Notes: a model not told the origin generated them from the sequence alone. A DNA stretch of 59,126 nt from an uncultured Oscillospiraceae bacterium (GCA_944385785.1 CALWYO010000032.1:1-59126); one strand, 5' to 3'; shown: positions 35,109 to 44,825, counted from the first letter of the stretch. A program made the numbers and translations.

Positions 35109-36226
35109 GGTTTTTATTTGCTTGCGGTGGGACTGCCGGGCATATAAACCCGGCGCTGGCTGTTGCCAGCGAATTGAGGCAGATGATGCCAGACGCCAAG
35201 TTCCTGTTCGTGGGCTCAGGACGGGAGATGGAGAGGCGTCTTGTGCCTGCTGAACGATTTGAGCTGGTTAACATAACAATTACAGGCTTTGCAAGAGGAG
35301 CAAGGCCAAGGGATTTTAAGCACAATATAAATACAATACACAATCTATCAGTTTCTATGCGCGAAGCAAATAAAATCATTGATAATTTCAGGCCCGATGC
35401 GGTAATAGGTACAGGCGGATACGTTTGCTATCCTGTATTGCGCTCAGCTGCAAAGCATGGGATTCCAACTGTTATGCATGAGTCTAACGCAGTACCGGGA
35501 CTGACTACAAAAGTTCTCAGCGGCGTTGTGGACCGAATGTTGGTAGCCTTTCCATCTGTGAGTTCATACTATAAAAAACCGGAGAGAGTTGTTGTAACAG
35601 GAACGCCGGTTCGTGGAGATTTTCGTAAGATCTCCAGAGAGCAGGCAAAAAAACGCCTTGGGGTTGTGGGTAAACCTCTTGTAGTATCTTTCTGGGGATC
35701 TCTTGGCGCTGATGGAATGAACCATATGATGGCAGATTTCATTCGGCTTAATTCAAAAAGCGGAGCCATGTGGCATATACATGCTACGGGAAACGGACAG
35801 ACAGGTGTTTCCCGTATGGTGGAACGTCTAAATGAGTGCGGAGTATACGGCTTGCCCGATTGGGAAGACCTTAGAGCATATATTGACAATATGGGTGTGG
35901 TAATGGCGGCGTCTGATTTGGTAATATGCAGGGCCGGCGCCTCAACACTTGCAGAACTTACAAATATGGGAAGAGCTGCCGTACTTGTACCTTCTCCAAA
36001 TGTGACAAATAACCATCAGGTTAAAAATGCACGCGAATTAGAAAAATCCGGTGCAGCAGTGGTGCTTACTGAGGAAAATTGCTCTGGACAGCTTATATAC
36101 AATACAGCTATAGGTATATTGAGGGATCGAGAGAGACTTGAATTTTTGGAAAAGAATGCGGCCAAACTTGGCCAGCCGGAAGCTACGTCAAAAATTATTG
36201 GAACAATATTATCGCTTATTAACTAA
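35105..36226 (+). CDS. murG: UDP-N-acetylglucosamine--LPS/lipid I N-acetylglucosaminyltransferase MurG
   Basis: FACGGTAGHINPALAV..GTGGYV..CRAGASTLAELT..NHQ. Confidence 0.9.
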   Translation: MRFLFACGGTAGHINPALAVASELRQMMPDAKFLFVGSGREMERRLVPAERFELVNITITGFARGARPRDFKHNINTIHNLSVSMREANKIIDNFRPDAVIGTGGYVCYPVLRSAAKHGIPTVMHESNAVPGLTTKVLSGVVDRMLVAFPSVSSYYKKPERVVVTGTPVRGDFRKISREQAKKRLGVVGKPLVVSFWGSLGADGMNHMMADFIRLNSKSGAMWHIHATGNGQTGVSRMVERLNECGVYGLPDWEDLRAYIDNMGVVMAASDLVICRAGASTLAELTNMGRAAVLVPSPNVTNNHQVKNARELEKSGAAVVLTEENCSGQLIYNTAIGILRDRERLEFLEKNAAKLGQPEATSKIIGTILSLIN

Positions 36227-36282
36227 TTCAAGCATTACAGCATAGTATGACCTGAAATCAAAATGCTTTTCGGGGGAGTACT

Positions 36283-37545
36283 ATGAGCATATTGAGAATA
36301 ACAGGAGGGAAACGCCTCTCTGGAGAAGTCCATGTACATGGAGCTAAAAATAGTGTGCTGCCAATAATGGCCGCCTCTTTGCTCTCAAGTGGTGAGACGA
36401 TAATACATAACTGTCCATCGCTTTCAGATGTGGATGCAGCCATGAAGATATTGCGTCATTTAGGGTGCATAGCAGAAAAGGAAGGCAATACAGTTTACAT
36501 AAACTCATCAACGATGACAAGCTGCCAGATTCCTGACGGATTGATGCGTGAGATGAGATCGTCAGTAATCTTTTTGGGAGCAATACTTGCGAGAGCTGGC
36601 AAAGCTGTTTTATCTATGCCTGGTGGATGCGAGCTGGGGCCCAGGCCGATTGATTTACATATAGCGGCTATGCGGTCAATGGGCGCTGAAATAGAAGAAC
36701 ATGCGGGGAATTTGATTTGCAGTGCGGATGGACTTCGAGGTTGCAGGATAGATCTAACTCTTCCAAGTGTAGGAGCAACGGAAAACAGCATGATTGCTGC
36801 GGCGGGATGCCAAGGAACAACTGTAATAACAAATGCTGCTAGAGAACCTGAAATCAGAGATTTACAGGATTATTTAAGAGAACTTGGTGTGCCGGTATCC
36901 GGTGCAGGATCTTCTATAATCACAGTTGAGGGCATTGACCTTTCAAAATCTGTGAAAAAGGTGGAGCATCATATTATACCTGACAGGATAGTTGCGGCGA
37001 CTTTTCTATCGGCTGCGGCTGCCTCGATGGGTAAAGTAAACATTTTGGGCATAATACCGGAAGATATAACCGCAATTATACAGGTATTTACGGACATGGG
37101 CTGCAGTGTGGCTTTGGGCAAGGATTGGGTATCCCTTGATGCTACAGGTGGCTTCAGAGCGCCAAAACCTGTTGTGACAAGGCCGTACCCTGGCTTTCCT
37201 ACAGACGCGCAGCCGCCGCTGATGGCGGCCTGTTTAAAAGCTGATGGTACGACGGTTTTTGTAGAGACAATTTTTGAAAACAGATACAGGCATGTTCCGG
37301 AGCTCAGACGAATGGGAGCCGATATAAGAATAGATGGAAGAGTCGCCATGGTCAGCGGCGTCAATAAATTACATGGTGCTTCAGTCGCGGCAACTGATCT
37401 GCGCGGCGGAGCGGCACTTGCCGTTGCAGCCGTAGCTGCTGAAGGCACAACGGAGATTTCTGAACTTAAACACATTGACAGAGGATACGATGGACTCGTA
37501 GAGTCTTTGAGAGCTCTCAATGCTGATGCAGTGAGAATAGATTAG
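36283..37545 (+). CDS. murA: UDP-N-acetylglucosamine 1-carboxyvinyltransferase
   Basis: ITGGKRLSGEVHVHGAKNSVLPIMAASLL..GGCELGPRPIDLH (active-site Cys)..RGYDGL. Confidence 0.92.
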   Translation: MSILRITGGKRLSGEVHVHGAKNSVLPIMAASLLSSGETIIHNCPSLSDVDAAMKILRHLGCIAEKEGNTVYINSSTMTSCQIPDGLMREMRSSVIFLGAILARAGKAVLSMPGGCELGPRPIDLHIAAMRSMGAEIEEHAGNLICSADGLRGCRIDLTLPSVGATENSMIAAAGCQGTTVITNAAREPEIRDLQDYLRELGVPVSGAGSSIITVEGIDLSKSVKKVEHHIIPDRIVAATFLSAAAASMGKVNILGIIPEDITAIIQVFTDMGCSVALGKDWVSLDATGGFRAPKPVVTRPYPGFPTDAQPPLMAACLKADGTTVFVETIFENRYRHVPELRRMGADIRIDGRVAMVSGVNKLHGASVAATDLRGGAALAVAAVAAEGTTEISELKHIDRGYDGLVESLRALNADAVRID

Positions 37546-37558
37546 AGGAGTAAACTAT

Positions 37559-38305
37559 ATGGAACAGGGCGGTAGAAGGAGAAAAAGACGTCGAGGCGGG
37601 ACATTGTATGCGGCAGTGATAACTGCAATGATAATAATTGCCGTGCTGTTTGGAATAGGAGTGTTTTTTAAAGTATCTCAGATAGAAGTTGTAGGGGCCA
37701 GCATGTATGATGATATGCAGGTGGTAGAGGCGTCAGGCATTGAAATAGGAGACAGCATATTCTTTATCAGGGAGTCTGCAGCAGGATTGGGAATAACAAA
37801 TAATCTTCCATATATTGACGAAGTGCGAATAGTCCGTAGTCTTCCAGGAACTGTTACAATTGAAGTGACGGAGAGTTATCCAATAGCATCGTTTAGCAGT
37901 GATGGAAGTTGGTGGATAATAGATAAAAACGCAAAAATATTAGAACAGACTACGGCTGAAGGGGCCTCGGATACAATAGATATCAGGGGTCTCCAGCCAA
38001 TAATGCCAGCTGTCGGAGAAATTCTTGCCCTTGGCGATGAGGGAAGAGTGCAGCTGCTTTACTTGAGAGATATACTTTCTGCAATACTTACTAACGGGTT
38101 CCAGGACGGTATAACCTGGATAGATATGACAAATATAAGTAATATAAAATTTGACTATTACAGTTATGAAGTTAATATAGGCAGTGGTGAAGCGTTGGAA
38201 GATAAGTTTTGGTTGTTTTCAAGACTTATAGATAGCCAGGGAACTGATCTGGGAGGAAGAATCGATTTGTCGAACGAGAACGAAGCAAGATATATTCCAG
38301 AGTAA
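37559..38305 (+). CDS. ftsQ: Cell division protein FtsQ/DivIB (POTRA)
   Basis: Arg-rich N-terminus, one TM segment, and a POTRA-like region (VSQIEVVGASMYDDMQVVEASGIEIGDSIFF). Its position is upstream of ftsZ. Confidence 0.75.
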   Translation: MEQGGRRRKRRRGGTLYAAVITAMIIIAVLFGIGVFFKVSQIEVVGASMYDDMQVVEASGIEIGDSIFFIRESAAGLGITNNLPYIDEVRIVRSLPGTVTIEVTESYPIASFSSDGSWWIIDKNAKILEQTTAEGASDTIDIRGLQPIMPAVGEILALGDEGRVQLLYLRDILSAILTNGFQDGITWIDMTNISNIKFDYYSYEVNIGSGEALEDKFWLFSRLIDSQGTDLGGRIDLSNENEARYIPE

Positions 38306-38361
38306 AATGTTCTCAAAAGTACCTCTTAGGTTATAAAAAGTAATAAAAATACTTTCAGCTC

Positions 38362-38390
38362 TTGACCTTATAGAGCTTTAGATATAAAAT
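38362..38390 (+). promoter_or_regulatory. Candidate ftsZ-proximal promoter (TTGACC-17-TAAAAT)
   Basis: Exact hexamers and spacing lie in the 156-nt ftsQ-ftsZ gap. Confidence 0.5.
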
Positions 38391-38461
38391 AACAACATAA
38401 TTGTGCGAAAATATGCGGGGTCTGAAAACCTTGCGTCAGTATATATTAGGAGGATTATTTT

Positions 38462-39601
38462 ATGGCGAATACACTTGAATCCGGTCCTGACAATGTTGTC
38501 GTAATAAAAGTCGTTGGAATTGGCGGAGCCGGGAACAATGTTGTTAATAGAATGGTTAAATCCGGAACACAGGGCGTAGAATTTATCTCTATCAATACGG
38601 ACAAGCCTGCCCTCTCAATTTCCGCAGCTGACAATAAGGTTCAGATCGGTGAAAAACTTACTCACGGCCAGGGCGCAGGCTCAAACCCAGAAGTCGGTAA
38701 GAAAGCTGCTGAAGAGAGCCGTAATAATATTGCAAAGGCGCTTGAAGATGCAGATATGGTATTTCTGGCTGCTGGTATGGGCGGCGGAACAGGAACAGGA
38801 GCGTCGCCAGTTGTTGCAGATATAGCTCGTGAGGCGGGGATACTTACGGTTGGGGTTGTAACAAAGCCGTTCAGCTTTGAAGGCAAGCGCCGTATGGATC
38901 AGGCAAACGCTGGAATAGCGGAGCTTCTGTCAAAAGTGGATGCACTGCTTATCATACCTAATGATCGGCTTAAACATGCCACTGATCAGAAGTTAACTTT
39001 TGCAAACGCCTTTGAAATAGCTGACGATGTTTTGCTTCAGGCTGTAACAAGTATTTCTGAGCTTATTAAGAATACTGGTTTTATTAATTTGGACTTCGCC
39101 GATGTGACGGCAATTATGAAAGATGCCGGATATGCTCATATGGGTGTGGGACATGCTGCTGGAAAAGGAAAGGCAGAGGATGCCGCACGTGCCGCTGTAT
39201 CAAGCCCGCTTATGGAAACTTCGATCAACGGGGCGAGAGGTGTTCTCGTAAATATTACAGGTTCTTTGGATATTGGACTTGACGATATCGAAGCTGCCGC
39301 CACTCTTGTCCAGGAAGCTGCTCACCCAGATGCAAATATTATCTTTGGTGCAGCTTTTGACGAGACAATGGACGATGAGATCCGCGTTACCGTTATTGCC
39401 ACAAGGTTTGACGAAAATCCCAGCGGAAGCTATAAAGCGCCAGAGAAAAAGTCTGGTTTGTATACTGAAGCAGCTGAAAAGAAGGAAGCGTCTGCTGCAG
39501 ATGAAGAAAAAACATCGAGTACTCAGAACACTGATGATAGTGATAGTTCTTACGATGACAGAGCGTTAGAGGATATTTTCAAGATTTTTAATAAGAGATA
39601 A
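38462..39601 (+). CDS. ftsZ: Cell division protein FtsZ
   Basis: VVGIGGAGNNVVNRM..GGGTGTGASPVVA..NLDFADV. The C-terminal linker is acidic and ends in DIFKIFNKR. Confidence 0.95.
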   Translation: MANTLESGPDNVVVIKVVGIGGAGNNVVNRMVKSGTQGVEFISINTDKPALSISAADNKVQIGEKLTHGQGAGSNPEVGKKAAEESRNNIAKALEDADMVFLAAGMGGGTGTGASPVVADIAREAGILTVGVVTKPFSFEGKRRMDQANAGIAELLSKVDALLIIPNDRLKHATDQKLTFANAFEIADDVLLQAVTSISELIKNTGFINLDFADVTAIMKDAGYAHMGVGHAAGKGKAEDAARAAVSSPLMETSINGARGVLVNITGSLDIGLDDIEAAATLVQEAAHPDANIIFGAAFDETMDDEIRVTVIATRFDENPSGSYKAPEKKSGLYTEAAEKKEASAADEEKTSSTQNTDDSDSSYDDRALEDIFKIFNKR

Positions 39602-39610
39602 AAATATAAT

Positions 39611-39646
39611 AAGGCAGCCGTTCAGTTAATCTGAACGGCTGCCTTA
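39611..39646 (+). terminator. Intrinsic terminator after ftsZ
   Basis: aaggcagccgttcag-ttaat-ctgaacggctgcctt, followed by a T-rich tract. Confidence 0.8.
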
Positions 39647-39788
39647 TTATGTTTTAGTTTTTGTAAAAATAAAATTTACAGATTCTTAAACATCTATTGG
39701 CGTTGTTGTTTAAAATAGATATATAAAACTTTTCTGCGACCTGGACTGGTGTCAGGTGGCTTTTATTTTGATTGGAAGGATAAGTATT

Positions 39789-40205
39789 ATGAAGCAAAGG
39801 CTTATAAACTTTTTCTCAGGACGCAATGGGACAGACTCCATATCAAAAACCACACTGTGGGTATCAATATTATTTTTAATTGTCTCTATTGCGACAGCAG
39901 GTGTACTAAACGGAATTTTAAGCACTGTTTTTTGGCTTCTGGCTCTTATATTGATTATTTATGGTTACTGGAGAATCCTGTCACGCAATATATATAAAAG
40001 GCGGGCAGAGAATGATAGATTTATAGCTGCTACATCTGGCATAAGGTCTTTTTTCCGCGGAATAAAGGTCAGGGTTGTGCAGGGAAGACAGTATAAGTTT
40101 TTTAAGTGTCCGTCATGCAAAACTGTACTGCGTGTGCCGAGAGGAAAAGGGAGAGTTCAGATAACCTGCAAAAAATGCGGCAATCGTTTTTCAGGAAAGA
40201 CATAA
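39789..40205 (+). CDS. Small membrane protein with a C-terminal CxxC..CxxC zinc ribbon
   Basis: The ATG at 39789 has a GGAAGG RBS. Two TM segments are followed by FKCPSCKTVLRVPRGKGRVQITCKKCGNRF. Confidence 0.6.
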   Translation: MKQRLINFFSGRNGTDSISKTTLWVSILFLIVSIATAGVLNGILSTVFWLLALILIIYGYWRILSRNIYKRRAENDRFIAATSGIRSFFRGIKVRVVQGRQYKFFKCPSCKTVLRVPRGKGRVQITCKKCGNRFSGKT

Positions 40206-40214
40206 GGAGTGATT

Positions 40215-40751
40215 ATGACCGATAACCCATATGAAGTGTTAGGTGTATCTCCGCAGGCGTCAGAAAAAGAAATCAAGGACGCATACAGGCGAATGGCGAA
40301 AAGATACCATCCGGATCTTCACCCCAATGATGTCGAAGCAGCGGCAATGATGAATAAAATAAACTCAGCCTATAAGCAGATAAAAAACAGCGGATATGCT
40401 GGCGCCAATGGAAATAACGGCAAATATTCAGAGACTCGCCGTGGGGATGGATTTGAGGACAGCGACTGGCGTACGGCTTCTGGATACTATGAGACATACC
40501 GCCAGGAAAGCTATACCTCTGGTGTTCGTCCAAGGACTGTACTGATTATCGTAATCATATTCTATATAGTCATGCAGCTTTTTGCCCTAATTTTAATCGG
40601 CGGAATTGGCCGTTCAGCGAGGGAGCAGGCGGCTGATGATATGTGGTACCAGTACTATTATTCAGAGCCTGAAGATGAGATTGGCGTTTTCTACTGGCCT
40701 GGAGGCGTACCCAGAGGGCAGTGGAGCTACGGAGATAACGACCAGCGGTGA
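40215..40751 (+). CDS. Membrane-anchored J-domain protein (DnaJ-like, no DnaJ zinc-finger or CTD)
   Basis: NPYEVLGVSPQASEKEIKDAYRRMAKRYHPDL (HPD motif), and a TM segment VLIIVIIFYIVMQLFALILIGGI. AAGGAG RBS. Confidence 0.8.
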   Translation: MTDNPYEVLGVSPQASEKEIKDAYRRMAKRYHPDLHPNDVEAAAMMNKINSAYKQIKNSGYAGANGNNGKYSETRRGDGFEDSDWRTASGYYETYRQESYTSGVRPRTVLIIVIIFYIVMQLFALILIGGIGRSAREQAADDMWYQYYYSEPEDEIGVFYWPGGVPRGQWSYGDNDQR

Positions 40752-40784
40752 TTTACGTAATTTAATTGAAAGGAAAACAAACGA

Positions 40785-42476
40785 ATGTCCAGGATAATAG
40801 GTATAGATCTCGGCACGACTAACTCCTGTATGGCGGTAATGGAGGCGAATGGGCCCGTAATAATCCCCAATGCGGAGGGTGGAAGGACAACACCGTCTGT
40901 AGTTGCATTCACTAAAAATGGTGAACGTCTGGTAGGCGAGGCAGCAAAAAGACAAGCCGTCGTAAACCCAGAAAGGACCATCAGTTCTATAAAACGTGAT
41001 ATGGGTACTGACAGGAAGATAAAAATTGATGGGAAAACCTATCTTCCCCAGGAGATATCAGCTATGATTCTTTCAAAATTGAAGAAAGACGCGGAGAGCT
41101 GGATGGGAGAGCCTGTGACGGAAGCTGTTATAACCGTTCCAGCTTACTTTTCTGACGCACAACGTCAAGCAACAAAGGATGCGGGTACGATAGCTGGGCT
41201 AAATGTACAACGTATAATCAATGAACCCACAAGCGCGGCGCTGGCTTATGGAGCAGACAAAGATTTTGGACAAAAAGTTCTTGTCTACGATTTGGGCGGA
41301 GGTACCTTTGACGTATCTGTATTGGACATTGGTTCAGGAGTTATTGAGGTGCTTGCGACAGCTGGCAACAACAGACTTGGCGGCGACGATTTTGATAAAT
41401 GTATAGTGGATTGGATACTGGGAGAGTATAAGCGCAGCGATAAAATAGATCTGTCACGAGATGCGGCGGCGATGCAGCGTTTGCGGGAGGCGGCGGAGAA
41501 AGCCAAAATAGAACTTTCTGCCACAACAAGCGCGGAAATTAATTTGCCGTATATATCTGCCGGCCGAGACGGTCCAAGACATCTGTCTATGACTCTCACA
41601 CGAACGAAGTTCGATGAGTTAACTGCCCATCTGGTTGAAGCCACTATGGATCCGGTACATCAGGCTATTACCGACTCGGGTATAAGCATGAACGATATTG
41701 GCCGCGTTCTGATGGTTGGCGGATCTTCCCGCATACCTGCGGTACAGGAGGCGGTCAGGAGATATACGGGCAAGGAGCCTTTTAAGGGAATAAATCCTGA
41801 TGAGTGCGTAGCAATGGGAGCTTGTCTACAGGGCGGCGTACTGGCTGGTTCAGTTGGCGGACTGCTTTTGCTTGATGTCACACCGCTGTCATTGGGTATT
41901 GAGACGGTTGGAGGAGTCTGTACCAGAGTTATTGAACGAAACACGACGCTCCCAATTTCTAAAAGCCAGGTCTTTTCTACTGCTGCTGATTATCAAACGT
42001 CTGTTGAGGTGAATGTTCTGCAGGGCGAGCGCCCGATGGCCAGCCAGAATAAATCACTGGGAAAATTCAGATTATCCGGTATACGCCGTGCTCCTCGAGG
42101 GGTTCCTCAGATACAGGTGACATTTAATATTGACACTAATGGAATTGTAAATGTCTCTGCGATGGACCTGGATACTGGAAAAAGCCAGGAGATAACCGTG
42201 ACAGGCTCATCAAATATGAGCCAGGCGGATATAGATGCGGCCATAAGGGATGCACAGCAGTATGCCGCTGATGATGAGCATATACGTGAACGCGCCAGAG
42301 CGCGGGACCGAGCTGAACAGCTTTTATACAGAGCCGCCGCGGCTGAGAAGGGAATGGAAAGAAACCGTAAGAAACTGCTCACCGCGTCAGAAAAGCGCGT
42401 AAGGAGAGCACTGAAAGATGATAACGAAGCTGAACTAAACGCGGCTGTACAGGAACTGGAAGGATTATTAGATTAA
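40785..42476 (+). CDS. Hsp70-family ATPase, short (563 aa) DnaK paralog (HscC-like architecture)
   Basis: [33 protein letters not shown] and [13 protein letters not shown]. The helical lid is truncated and there is no long C-terminal tail. No grpE or hrcA is adjacent. Confidence 0.85.
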   Translation: MSRIIGIDLGTTNSCMAVMEANGPVIIPNAEGGRTTPSVVAFTKNGERLVGEAAKRQAVVNPERTISSIKRDMGTDRKIKIDGKTYLPQEISAMILSKLKKDAESWMGEPVTEAVITVPAYFSDAQRQATKDAGTIAGLNVQRIINEPTSAALAYGADKDFGQKVLVYDLGGGTFDVSVLDIGSGVIEVLATAGNNRLGGDDFDKCIVDWILGEYKRSDKIDLSRDAAAMQRLREAAEKAKIELSATTSAEINLPYISAGRDGPRHLSMTLTRTKFDELTAHLVEATMDPVHQAITDSGISMNDIGRVLMVGGSSRIPAVQEAVRRYTGKEPFKGINPDECVAMGACLQGGVLAGSVGGLLLLDVTPLSLGIETVGGVCTRVIERNTTLPISKSQVFSTAADYQTSVEVNVLQGERPMASQNKSLGKFRLSGIRRAPRGVPQIQVTFNIDTNGIVNVSAMDLDTGKSQEITVTGSSNMSQADIDAAIRDAQQYAADDEHIRERARARDRAEQLLYRAAAAEKGMERNRKKLLTASEKRVRRALKDDNEAELNAAVQELEGLLD

Positions 42477-42484
42477 ACTATAAA

Positions 42485-42525
42485 AATCAGAGGCACATAT
42501 TACATGCTTGCCTCTGATTTTTTCT
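42485..42525 (+). terminator. Intrinsic terminator after the Hsp70 paralog
   Basis: aatcagaggca-(loop)-tgcctctgatt followed by TTTTTC. Confidence 0.75.
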
Positions 42526-42575
42526 TTACATGACATGGTAAACGGAGACAGGGCGGAGCGGCAATTAGACTGAGG

Positions 42576-42908
42576 CTATAACCTGTGTGTGTCGCCCCAT
42601 TCACACATACTGTCAAGAATAGGGATAAGCGACTCCCCGCGCGGTGTGAGACTATACTCGACTTTTGGCGGTATTTGCGGATACTCTTTTCGCTGTATCA
42701 GACGGTCTGCCTCCAATTCCTTCAGTGTTAAACTGAGAGTTTTATAAGAGATGCCACCAATATACCGCTTCATCTCATTGAATCTGACAACACCGAATTC
42801 CATGAGGGTGTACAGAATAGTCATTTTGTACTTCCCATTGATGAGAGAAAGTGTGTAGCTAAAGCCGGTGCTGCTTAGACACTCGTCAGCAATGCATTTG
42901 TCAGTCAT
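42576..42908 (-). CDS. HxlR-family winged-helix transcriptional regulator
   Basis: ..YTLSLINGKYKMTILYTLMEFGVVRFNEMKRYIGGISYKTLSLTLKELEADRLIQRKEYPQIPPKVEYSLTPRG.. Confidence 0.88.
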   Translation of the reverse strand: MTDKCIADECLSSTGFSYTLSLINGKYKMTILYTLMEFGVVRFNEMKRYIGGISYKTLSLTLKELEADRLIQRKEYPQIPPKVEYSLTPRGESLIPILDSMCEWGDTHRL

Positions 42909-42926
42909 CGGACACTCTCCTTAAGG

Positions 42927-43004
42927 TAAGTATCATACTTAAATGTGCGTACTTGTATTAAATATCAATATATTTATAATTATATTATCAACTTCATATG
43001 AAGT
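42927..43004. promoter_or_regulatory. Divergent hxlR / flavin reductase control region with two palindromes (candidate HxlR operators)
   Basis: A 7-1-7 palindrome TAAGTATcATACTTA lies at 42927-42941. A perfect 14-nt palindrome ACTTCATATGAAGT lies at 42991-43004, just downstream of TTGTAT-16-TATAAT. Confidence 0.35.
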
Positions 43005-43034
43005 CAATTCTGTGTGTATAAAGGAGTTTTAATT

Positions 43035-43610
43035 ATGACAAAGGATTTTGGAGTAAAACCGTACCTGTTCCCAATGCCAACGTATATGATCGGGACATAT
43101 AATGAAGATGATACTGTTGATGTTATGATGATGGCTTGGGGAGGAATATGCGCCGAAGATATGGTGGCACTGAATTTGGAGGCCGATCACAAAACAGTGG
43201 CAAATATTGAGAACAGAAAGTCGTTTACTCTTTCTATACCCAGCGTTGATACCATAAGAGAATCCGACTTTCTTGGTATTGCCACATCTAATAAAATGAC
43301 TGATAAATTTGAGCGCACAGGATTGCATGCTGTCAAAAGCACAAGAGTAGACGCACCTATCATTACCGAATATCCAGTTGCGCTGGAGTGCGAAATGGTT
43401 GAGATGCAAAATCAACCATACGGACTTCGTGTTTTGGGAAAGATAATAAATGTTGTTGCAGATGAGAGAGTACTTGACGATGCTGGGAAAGTAGACACAG
43501 GGAAGATAAAGGCTTTTGCCTTTGACCAAATGCAAAGCGGGTATTACGTTATTGGGGAAAAAGTAGGCAAGGCGTGGAATAGCGGCGCTGATTTAATGAA
43601 AAACCAGTAA
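43035..43610 (+). CDS. Flavin reductase-like (FMN-binding split-barrel) protein
   Basis: ..PMPTYMIGTYNEDDTVDVMMMAWGGI.. The ATG at 43035 has an AAGGAG RBS. The gene is divergent from hxlR. Confidence 0.75.
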   Translation: MTKDFGVKPYLFPMPTYMIGTYNEDDTVDVMMMAWGGICAEDMVALNLEADHKTVANIENRKSFTLSIPSVDTIRESDFLGIATSNKMTDKFERTGLHAVKSTRVDAPIITEYPVALECEMVEMQNQPYGLRVLGKIINVVADERVLDDAGKVDTGKIKAFAFDQMQSGYYVIGEKVGKAWNSGADLMKNQ

Positions 43611-43681
43611 CTTTTATATGAGGTACAGCCTCTTGACAAAATGAAGCACATATAAAATATTGTACTAATATGTGAAATTTT

Positions 43682-43712
43682 TAAAGGCGCGCGGATTTAG
43701 CCGCGCGCCTTT
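43682..43712. terminator. Bidirectional terminator between the flavin reductase gene and potD
   Basis: aaaggcgcgcgg-attta-gccgcgcgccttt. Confidence 0.75.
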
Positions 43713-43767
43713 AAATTCGCCATATCCAAAAACGCTACCCTAACGGGTACTTAGTAAGACACATAAA

Positions 43768-44820
43768 TCACGCTTTCAGCTCGACCCACAGAGAGTCATA
43801 AAGAGCAAGTGCATCTTCAGGAAGATTTAAGTAGACTTCACATCTGGAGAGGACTTCCTCACTGGGGAACATAACCTGAGAGGAGTAATCGTCCAGATCC
43901 TGAGCGTATATTTCGCATGCCTCAGTGTTGCCGCTGGCATATCCGGTGGCGTCCATGTTCGCGACGCACACATCAGTTCCGGCCATATAGTTTATAAACA
44001 TCTCGGCAGCTTCCTTGTTTTCGCAACCTGCTGGTATACACATAGCGTCAACAAAGAAATTAGAGCCCTCATCAGGGATAACAAACTTGAGATCAGGATT
44101 GTTTTCAAGCATCATAAGGTAATCTCCAGCATAATAAGCGCCGATCAATGCCTCGCCGCCTTCCAGCTTGTCGTACATCTGATCCTGGAAATATCCCTGA
44201 ACAAGAGGTTTTTGCTGTTCAAGCAGGTCAAAAGCCGCGCGTAGCTCAGTTTCATCTGTGGTATTCATCGAATATCCAAGATATTTCAGGGCAACGCCGA
44301 AGGCGTCTCTTGAGGAGTCAAACATAAGTATTTGGCCGGAGTACTGTTCATCAAACATGGCGCTCCAACTTGTTATCTCTTCGTCTATTTCAGCGCCGTT
44401 ATATATGAGTCCAACTGTACCCCACATATAAGGTACGGTGTATTTATTATCGGGGTCATAGTTGAGGCCCTTGTATTCATCCCCGATTAGCGAAAAATTG
44501 GGGATGTTGTCATAGTTAAGCTCTTCAAGCATTCCCTCATTTGCCATTCTTCCGATCATATAGTCGGAAGTTATTATGACATCATAGTCGGCGCCGCCAT
44601 TTTTCAGTGTTGCATAAAGGGCCTCGCATGTATCATATGTATTATAGTTTACCTTTATATTGTACTCATCTTCAAAAGCCTCATATGTGCTCTCATCAAT
44701 ATATTCGCCGAAATTGTAAACATTTATCTCGGCGTCATAACTTCCGCCGGAGCACCCGGAAAGAAGTCCTATGGATAAAACCATAGCCACAGCAAGGGAG
44801 ACAGTCAAAAATTTTTTCAT
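43768..44820 (-). CDS. potD: Spermidine/putrescine ABC transporter substrate-binding lipoprotein
   Basis: Lipobox LLSGC, a PotD-like body (..NVYNFGEYI..YDVIITSDYMI..PYMWGTVGLIYN..) and position in a potABCD operon. Confidence 0.85.
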   Translation of the reverse strand: MKKFLTVSLAVAMVLSIGLLSGCSGGSYDAEINVYNFGEYIDESTYEAFEDEYNIKVNYNTYDTCEALYATLKNGGADYDVIITSDYMIGRMANEGMLEELNYDNIPNFSLIGDEYKGLNYDPDNKYTVPYMWGTVGLIYNGAEIDEEITSWSAMFDEQYSGQILMFDSSRDAFGVALKYLGYSMNTTDETELRAAFDLLEQQKPLVQGYFQDQMYDKLEGGEALIGAYYAGDYLMMLENNPDLKFVIPDEGSNFFVDAMCIPAGCENKEAAEMFINYMAGTDVCVANMDATGYASGNTEACEIYAQDLDDYSSQVMFPSEEVLSRCEVYLNLPEDALALYDSLWVELKA

Positions 44821-44825
44821 CTATT

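Noticed and set aside
36969-37520. 183-aa minus-strand ORF
   Set aside because: It is antisense within murA. The Ala/Ser/Pro-rich translation is typical of the reverse frame of a GC-richer gene.
43029-43535. 168-aa minus-strand ORF
   Set aside because: It is antisense to the flavin reductase gene, has no RBS, and its translation is rich in Cys/His/Ile.
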